The notes under the pieces were generated by a model. That model did not search any database, had not been told where the DNA came from, and was given only the letters and a program-made list of their open reading frames with translations. A stretch of 32,000 bases of DNA from Chlamydiota bacterium (lineage in GTDB: Bacteria; Auribacterota; JACPWU01), in contig JACPWU010000050.1 in the NCBI GenBank assembly GCA_016196885.1, positions 1-32,000 on the forward strand. Reading direction: 5' to 3'. Positions 26,741 through 32,000 of this stretch are shown here, one piece after another. How positions within the stretch are numbered: position 1 is the first letter of the stretch; every line of letters starts with the position of its first letter. The translations under genes and the position numbers were made by a program.

Positions 26741-27187
26741 TTAAAGAACTTGAATCGAACGAGCCACATGCTTCCCTAACCATGAATCCTCATACATCAC
26801 CTTCACTTGTGCACCCGCCTTGAGATCGGCGAATGTCAATGACTTACTCCCATCTGTGATTCTCGTGTCATCCTGAATGCTAAAGGTCTCAGGTTGTCTA
26901 ACTGCCTCAGAAGTCTCCCCTGCACTGACCCCTTGCTGCAACGTGAGTAATTTCTTCTCCTCGTTGACCGTGGCAATTTGTCCTGAAGCCTCTTTGAATT
27001 GCTTAGATTCTTTGCTTTCAGGTGCTCCTTGCTCACTTATGGGCGACTTCGTTTGACTCATCGCCGGCTTTGAAGCCCTCTGACCATACCCTTGCTCTTC
27101 TGCTGCTTGTGGGACGGCTCCCAGATTTAAAAGGCCCAGAGAAACAATCCCGCATGCAAGCCCTGTGACAACTTTGAGTGTTTTCAT
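26741..27187 (-). CDS. Secreted hypothetical protein
   Basis: 148 aa with an N-terminal signal peptide (MKTLKVVTGLACGIVSLGLLNLGAVPQAAEE), preceded by GGAGGGGG. Confidence 0.65.
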   Translation of the reverse strand: MKTLKVVTGLACGIVSLGLLNLGAVPQAAEEQGYGQRASKPAMSQTKSPISEQGAPESKESKQFKEASGQIATVNEEKKLLTLQQGVSAGETSEAVRQPETFSIQDDTRITDGSKSLTFADLKAGAQVKVMYEDSWLGKHVARSIQVL

Positions 27188-27310
27188 GATACCAACCCCC
27201 TCCTTTCACCTAGACAAAAGCTCTACGTGGTTTGTTCCCTTACAGGGCCCAAAAGTTCCATTTAAAAATAGATAATTCTATAACTAATTTGTAAGGAATG
27301 AGTTATGGTT

Positions 27311-27362
27311 AAAAATAAAACAGGGTCCAGTACCCAGAAATTTTATCCTGGCTCCTGGACCC
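27311..27362 (-). terminator. Terminator-like hairpin of the same GGGTCCAG family as 18164-18212
   Basis: gggtccag (27323-27330) pairs with ctggaccc (27355-27362). On the minus strand it is followed by tgttttattttt. Confidence 0.45.
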
Positions 27363-27547
27363 TAGCTCGCATTTCTCATCAGATTTCGTTGCGAGGAACG
27401 CCTGAGTCCGCTTTGGATGCGAGGAAGACGCTCCGCGCCATGCGAGGCATACTTTACAGTATGTTGAGCGTGGCCGACCGAGTCTGACGAAGCAGACGAG
27501 GCGGACTCGACGCTCGCAGCAGAAATGTGATGAGAAATGCGGGCTAG
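27362..27547. other. Long imperfect hairpin of about 186 nt (structured RNA or palindromic repeat) in the divergent intergenic region
   Basis: Basal 20 bp pair with one G-U (ctagctcgcatttctcatca / tgatgagaaatgcgggctag). Then come internal stems tgcgag/ctcgca and gagtccgc/gcggactc, and the apical hairpin catact-ttac-agtatg (27448-27463). Confidence 0.6.
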
Positions 27548-27581
27548 CCCCTGTTTTTTAAATCCTGTTTTTTCTTGAATT

Positions 27582-27590
27582 TGTTATAAT
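27582..27590 (+). promoter_or_regulatory. Possible extended -10 promoter (TGtTATAAT) for the sigma factor gene
   Basis: TG at 27582-27583 and TATAAT at 27585-27590. No good -35 element, and about 110 nt upstream of the ATG. Confidence 0.3.
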
Positions 27591-27701
27591 GTGCTCGAGT
27601 ACTTCTTCCCCCACTCCTAGCGAGGGTGTTTCCCCTTTTGAGAGAATTTAAAAAAAAAGAGCTGCTTTGGTTTTTTTTAATGAATACTCAAGGGAGGGCT
27701 T

Positions 27702-28310
27702 ATGAAAACAAATGAAGTTTCTTTCGAAGCTCTGAGTCAGGCTCAGGAAAAAAGTCTCATCTTGAAAGCTCAAAAGGGGGACCGTGCTTCTTTTGAAGAA
27801 TTGATTCTGAGATTTCAAGAAGAAGCCTATGCAATGGCTTTGAAAACGCTAGGAGATCCTGATGAGGCAAGAGATATTGTTCAAGAGGCTTTTCTTCAAG
27901 CTTATCAATCTATTCGTAAGTTTCGCCAAAAGGCAAGGTTCTCAACATGGCTTATTGGCATTGTCATTAATCTCTGTCATCGCCAACACCGAAAATGGGC
28001 TCAACGCCGAAAGTATATTGTAGGGTCTCTCAATGAGCCTTTGGAAGAAAAGGGAGAGTTGATTGACAAAATTGTAGATCCCTCCCCCACTTCAATGGAA
28101 GAAGCCGTCCATCGAGAAGCCATGAGAAAGGTGATGAGGGCCTTGAGGACTCTGGACAGACCCAGCCGAACCGCTATGTTCTTGAGAGACGTGAAAGGAA
28201 TGTCCTATGATGAAATCGCTCGAACCCTCGGTTGCCGCATAGGCACGGTGAAATCACGCCTCAACCGAGCCCGGCTCCGAGTCAAAGGACTTTTAGAAGG
28301 GAAGATATAA
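27702..28310 (+). CDS. ECF-type sigma-70 family RNA polymerase sigma factor
   Basis: Region 2 (DPDEARDIVQEAFLQAYQSIRKFRQKARFSTWL) and region 4 (MFLRDVKGMSYDEIARTLGCRIGTVKSRLNRARLRV). GGGAGGG RBS. Confidence 0.9.
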   Translation: MKTNEVSFEALSQAQEKSLILKAQKGDRASFEELILRFQEEAYAMALKTLGDPDEARDIVQEAFLQAYQSIRKFRQKARFSTWLIGIVINLCHRQHRKWAQRRKYIVGSLNEPLEEKGELIDKIVDPSPTSMEEAVHREAMRKVMRALRTLDRPSRTAMFLRDVKGMSYDEIARTLGCRIGTVKSRLNRARLRVKGLLEGKI

Positions 28311-28317
28311 TTCGCAT

Positions 28318-28696
28318 AGCGTTTAGCGGGTAGAAAAAAATTTTATTTTAGGCATATGCACTTGACTCAAGTATTCTTGATCCGTCAAGCGTAGTCGCCC
28401 GATTTATCGGGCAATCCATGCGTGGCCCCATACTAAGGAGGCCATATTCCACCGTACATGGATCATCTCTTTAACGATGTAGTTTTGTACCTTTTGATTA
28501 TTCTTCTTTAAGGATCGGTACTATTTCGTTGAGACTCCTTATCCCATGTTTTTATAGTCCCTGTGGGATTAGTACTGTCAGAATTGAGTGGATAAAACTT
28601 AATGAACTGACTTGTAAATGGGGCGACTACAAATGGACGGCATCTTTAAGTCAAGTGCATATGCCTATTTTATTTTAATAGCACCGGCTAAACGCT
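28318..28696. repeat. Composite palindromic locus: outer long inverted repeats enclose a REP-like element that is itself split by a MITE-like insertion
   Basis: Outer arms agcgtttagcgggt / accggctaaacgct and aggcatatgcacttgac (28351-28367) / gtcaagtgcatatgcct (28651-28667). REP halves at 28391-28432 and 28617-28631. Confidence 0.8.
28433..28614 (+). mobile_element. Non-autonomous (MITE-like) element, copy 2, 182 bp, flanked by TA on both sides
   Basis: It interrupts ccccata|aatgggg, which is contiguous in the two intact REP copies. TA at 28431-28432 and 28615-28616. Reverse-complement match to 12322-12547. Confidence 0.8.
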
Positions 28697-28851
28697 TTTA
28701 CCTTGCGTCCTGCTTTTAATCTCAGAACTCAATTTCCACCTCAAACCAAAGTCTGAATAAGATTAAATTTTTCTAATCCTATTTTAACTTTCCTTTAATC
28801 CCCTCCATGAAATAATGACCCCGTAAGTTTAAATGGAGAAAGGAGAAGGAG

Positions 28852-29217
28852 ATGAAAATAAACGAGAAATATCTTAAATCAGGCGGATTTCAATGCAATG
28901 GCTGTGGAGAGATACTGAGTTCTCGAGACGCACTCCATGAACATAAAATTTACTGTGAGGGGATGGAAAAAAGCCTTGGCGATCACGAAAGAAAAAATCC
29001 TAGGGATCTCGATAAACGTGAAGAAGAGGAAAAAACAGTTGAAGAATTTCTGAAAGAATCTTTATGGGAATGCGCTCGCTGCGGAACACCCTTTCATTTT
29101 GAAGAAGATTTAAAAACACACGAATTCCACTGTAAGAAAAGTCAAAACACGTCTCAACACGGACAACACCATTATAGGAATAATGCGAAGGGGTGGGCAC
29201 AACCCATAGTCTCCTAA
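28852..29217 (+). CDS. Small protein with two C2HC zinc fingers at classical (eukaryote-like) spacing
   Basis: FQCNGCGEILSSRDALHEHKIYC and WECARCGTPFHFEEDLKTHEFHC both fit C-x2-C-x3-hydrophobic-x5-L-x2-H-x3-C. Strong RBS (GGAGAAGGAG) and an acidic linker. Confidence 0.7.
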   Translation: MKINEKYLKSGGFQCNGCGEILSSRDALHEHKIYCEGMEKSLGDHERKNPRDLDKREEEEKTVEEFLKESLWECARCGTPFHFEEDLKTHEFHCKKSQNTSQHGQHHYRNNAKGWAQPIVS

Positions 29218-29246
29218 AAAGAGATGAAACCCTTGGGGAAGGGATA

Positions 29247-29297
29247 GCAGTCCGAAGAAGATTTCGCAAGATGTAAGACACTCTCTCTTCGGACTGC
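29247..29297 (+). terminator. Hairpin after the zinc-finger gene (12 bp perfect stem, 27 nt loop)
   Basis: gcagtccgaaga (29247-29258) pairs with tcttcggactgc (29286-29297). No clear T-tract follows. Confidence 0.35.
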
Positions 29298-29599
29298 TGG
29301 GTTGTGAAGAAAAATCTTTTCCAACTACATAAAGGGTCCTCCCCCTTTGTGACCGAGTCCGACGCTTTCATTGCTAACGATGATCTTGAACAACAGTTTT
29401 CTGTAAACTAAAAACACTCTCATTATCAGCAAAAAAATCCTTTTTTAGGTCATTTACTTTGCTATAATAAATTCTTATGTTGCCGGATATTTTTATCCAA
29501 AGTATTTTTCAAATTTATCTCTTCGTCGAGTTACCTAAGTTGATAGGGTACGGCCTGGTTGAAATTCGAAACAGCTAAGCGATCCAGGGAGGTGACTGC

Positions 29600-30265
29600 A
29601 TGCGCATTCTGGTTATTGAAGATGAGAAGAAAATCGCCTCTTTTATCAAGCGCGGACTCAAAGAAGAGGGGTATGTGGTAGATACCGCCTCTGACGGAGA
29701 AGAAGGTCATTTTGTCGCTACCACCCATGAGTTTGACCTCATCATTCTTGATCTCATGCTTCCAAAGCTAGATGGGATAACCCTTTGTAAGAAGCTCAGA
29801 GATGAGAACATCAAAACGCCGGTCATCATGTTAACAGCCAAAAGTGGAACCCAAGATAAAATCAAAGGCCTCGATATAGGAGCCGATGACTATGTGACAA
29901 AGCCTTTCGATTTTCAGGAGCTTTTGGCAAGGACACGCACTCATCTCAGAAAGAGAGAAAGTTCTTCTACACAACTTCAAGTGGCTGATCTCACAGTTAA
30001 TCTCCTCACCCACAAGGTAGAAAGGGCAGGCCTAGAAATTATTCTCACCTCAAAAGAATTTATTCTCCTTCAATATCTCATCAGAAACAGAGACACCGTT
30101 GTGACTCGCACAATGATTTCAGAACACGCTTGGGACATTAACTTCGATATTTCTTCTAATGTCATCGATGTCTATATCAACTATTTGAGACATAAAATTG
30201 ATGAGCAACATCCAAAAAAACTGATTAAGACCATTCGAGGGCGAGGTTACCTTCTTGAGGGATAA
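29600..30265 (+). CDS. OmpR-family response regulator, heavy-metal (CusR/CopR/CzcR)-like
   Basis: Receiver domain (MRILVIEDE...DLIILDLMLPKLDG...KP) and a winged-helix with CusR-like features: QVADLTVNLLTHKV, LTSKEFILLQYL, AWDINFDISSNVIDVYINYLRHKID, IRGRGYLL. GGAGG RBS. Confidence 0.9.
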   Translation: MRILVIEDEKKIASFIKRGLKEEGYVVDTASDGEEGHFVATTHEFDLIILDLMLPKLDGITLCKKLRDENIKTPVIMLTAKSGTQDKIKGLDIGADDYVTKPFDFQELLARTRTHLRKRESSSTQLQVADLTVNLLTHKVERAGLEIILTSKEFILLQYLIRNRDTVVTRTMISEHAWDINFDISSNVIDVYINYLRHKIDEQHPKKLIKTIRGRGYLLEG

Positions 30266-30271
30266 AAATCT

Positions 30272-31774
30272 ATGGATCTGTTTTTTTATAAATCAGTCCG
30301 TTTTAAAATCATCCTCTTATGCCTATTAACCTTGATGGGCATCTTTTTTGTTTTTAGCATTTTCATACAAACGCAGTTCAGCCACAGCTTGTATGAAAAG
30401 ACAGATGCGCTCATTATGACCAAGGCGGAAGGGATTGAAAACGCCATTCAAACTTATTGGCAAACACAAAAAATGGATTTGACTCGAGACTGGTTCTCTT
30501 CTCATGTCTTTCCAAAAGGGAAAGACATGAAGTTTGAAAAGATTGCCGACTATCTCACCACAGAAAAATTGAGAGACGAACTTGAAATCAATGCGATGAG
30601 TGTAGATATTTTAAATCCCAAAGGAGAATTGATCGCCTCTTCGCGAGAAATCCCTGAAGTGGATGCCTTAAGAAGAAAACTTTTTGAGAAAACCTCACCA
30701 GAGACTCGTTTCGATAATTTAAACGTTTCATCAAAAGGGGGAAATGATTTACCCATTCGCGTTTTAACCAAGACCATTAAAAGTCAGAATCGAGTTCAAT
30801 ACATTGTACAAATTGTGGCTTCCCTCTCCCCAGTTATGTCAGAAATGAAGCGGTTGAGAAAAATATTCTTCATGCTTTTACCTATTGCCATTTTAATTGC
30901 CGGCGTCACCGCCTTTTCGTTGGTCAAAGTGACATTGCGTCCCATTGACGAAATGGTCAGCAGAATTGGCGAAATTAAACCCGATAATTTAGGCGTACGC
31001 ATTCACATCCATCATTCAGACGATGAAGTGGGACGACTCGCCCAAACATTCAATGAAATGCTCGAGAGATTGGAAAAATCATTTTTATCCCAGCACCAGA
31101 TGATTGAAGACATTTCTCATGAGTTAAAAACGCCCATCACCATTATGAAAGGTCAATTACAACTGGCCTTAAACAGACTACGCTCTTCGCGAGAGTACAA
31201 ATCTGTTTTGTACAGCAACTTAGAAGAAGTAGAGAAAATAAGAAACATTGTTGATGAAGTTTTGACCCTGGCTCGTTTAGACAGTCAGGAATTTTCCGCG
31301 GAAATGGAGGAAATAGATTTAAATTCCCTCCTGAATTTAGTTTTGGAAGACATTCGTGTGTTAGCAGAATCAAAAAATGTGGAACTTTCTCTTCAGTTGC
31401 GGCCAAAAACAATTTTAAGAGGAAATGAAACTCAACTCCGAAGACTTTTCTTCAATCTACTTGAAAATGCAGTAAAATACAATCATCCTGGAGGTAAGAT
31501 CACAGTGAGAATCAAGACCCAGGGCCAAGATGTACAAGTTGAGGTCTCAGACAGCGGCGTAGGAATTCCAGAAGAAGATTTGCCTTATATTTTTGATCGA
31601 TTTTATCAAGCGCACAAGGCCCGCGAGAACCATGACGGCATTGGCTTGGGACTCAGCATTGCAAAATCGATTGTTCAAGCCCATAAAGGAGACATTCAAG
31701 TCAAAAGCCATTTAGGACAAGGAACCACCTTCCAGATTTATTTTCCGATGTTTAGTAGCTATGTTCATAAATAA
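30272..31774 (+). CDS. Sensor histidine kinase (two TM segments, periplasmic domain, HAMP, HisKA, HATPase), CusS-like
   Basis: H-box ISHELKTPIT, N-box LLENAVKYN, G1 DSGVGI, G2 GIGLGLSI. HAMP-like segment RPIDEMVSRIGEI...DEVGRLAQTFNEMLERL. Confidence 0.9.
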   Translation: MDLFFYKSVRFKIILLCLLTLMGIFFVFSIFIQTQFSHSLYEKTDALIMTKAEGIENAIQTYWQTQKMDLTRDWFSSHVFPKGKDMKFEKIADYLTTEKLRDELEINAMSVDILNPKGELIASSREIPEVDALRRKLFEKTSPETRFDNLNVSSKGGNDLPIRVLTKTIKSQNRVQYIVQIVASLSPVMSEMKRLRKIFFMLLPIAILIAGVTAFSLVKVTLRPIDEMVSRIGEIKPDNLGVRIHIHHSDDEVGRLAQTFNEMLERLEKSFLSQHQMIEDISHELKTPITIMKGQLQLALNRLRSSREYKSVLYSNLEEVEKIRNIVDEVLTLARLDSQEFSAEMEEIDLNSLLNLVLEDIRVLAESKNVELSLQLRPKTILRGNETQLRRLFFNLLENAVKYNHPGGKITVRIKTQGQDVQVEVSDSGVGIPEEDLPYIFDRFYQAHKARENHDGIGLGLSIAKSIVQAHKGDIQVKSHLGQGTTFQIYFPMFSSYVHK

Positions 31775-31843
31775 ACGTTATGCCGCACACTTCCATCCTT
31801 CCAAATCCAAATCTTAGTGAATTGGGGAAAGTTTATCCACAAA

Positions 31844-32000
31844 TTAGACCGCGATAGGGATGCTAACCGGACAGCTGTCTTGGCGAAGAATAATGGGAGG
31901 GTTCCAAACTTTATGCGCCTTTTTCCACCCATACTCCTCCAGTACATCTTTCCAAGTTCCTTTTTGCGTCACATATTCCATAAACAATTTTAAAGACTTC
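31844..32000 (-). CDS. 3' end of a minus-strand gene that starts beyond the window (unknown product)
   Basis: My own translation of the open frame: ...KSLKLFMEYVTQKGTWKDVLEEYGWKKAHKVWNPPIILRQDSCPVSIPIAV, with the stop at 31846-31844. It is convergent with the kinase gene. Confidence 0.3.
   Translation of the reverse strand, partial: KSLKLFMEYVTQKGTWKDVLEEYGWKKAHKVWNPPIILRQDSCPVSIPIAV

Noticed and set aside
27375-27382. CTGATGAG (minus strand), the hammerhead ribozyme core motif, within the long hairpin
   Set aside because: I could not place the required GAAA box, cleavage-site triplet or helices I to III around it. A 7-8 nt motif is expected by chance a few times in 64 kb of two-strand sequence.
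27395-27399. GGAAC as a possible ECF-type -35 element for autoregulation of the sigma gene
   Set aside because: No CGTC/TCTRA-like -10 element at the expected 16-17 nt spacing. The site lies inside the hairpin arm, about 300 nt from the ATG.
27305-27487. 60 aa plus-strand ORF in the intergenic hairpin region
   Set aside because: It has no RBS and spans the palindromic arms. The open frame is best explained by repeat or hairpin sequence.
31765-31947. 60 aa minus-strand ORF at the right edge
   Set aside because: A different minus-strand frame stays open to the window edge and has a more protein-like composition. The listed ORF overlaps the kinase stop and is probably spurious. Neither is strongly supported.

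Overview
This 32 kb window looks like a bacterial chromosome segment of moderate to low GC and unknown lineage. An adjacent hisS-aspS pair, an RNase HIII gene and many palindromic repeats hint weakly at a PVC-like or candidate-phylum organism. All product calls come from reading motifs in the supplied translations; no searches were run.

Gene content, left to right:
- A decayed IS at the left edge: a Mu/TniA/TnsB-like DDE transposase running off the window, split over two frames, plus a frameshifted zinc-ribbon ORF.
- An orphan ORF, possibly truncated.
- Two tandem RND efflux permeases with no adaptor or outer-membrane gene, separated by a REP-like palindrome.
- A minus-strand block: membrane-anchored protein, FtsH-like protease, lipoprotein.
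- aspS and hisS.
- A self-contained two-gene module: a GHKL/SpoIIAB-like ATPase plus a DUF4325/STAS-like protein. It has its own promoter inside a perfect inverted repeat and its own terminator.
- rnhC (RNase HIII).
- A decayed AbiEii-type nucleotidyltransferase pair.
- A trehalose/osmostress operon: otsA, an MscS-family channel, an internally duplicated unknown protein, treT, otsB.
- A secreted protein.
- A structured 514 bp divergent intergenic region, followed by an ECF sigma factor.
- A nested repeat-in-repeat locus.
- A small protein with two zinc fingers at eukaryote-like spacing.
- A CusRS-like two-component system.

The best candidate for an undescribed system is the orphan ATPase plus STAS-like pair at 18.2-19.5 kb. 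The clearest sequence-level novelty is a roughly 180-226 bp TA-flanked non-autonomous element present twice, once inserted exactly into the centre of a REP-like palindrome. No rRNA, tRNA or CRISPR array was seen.
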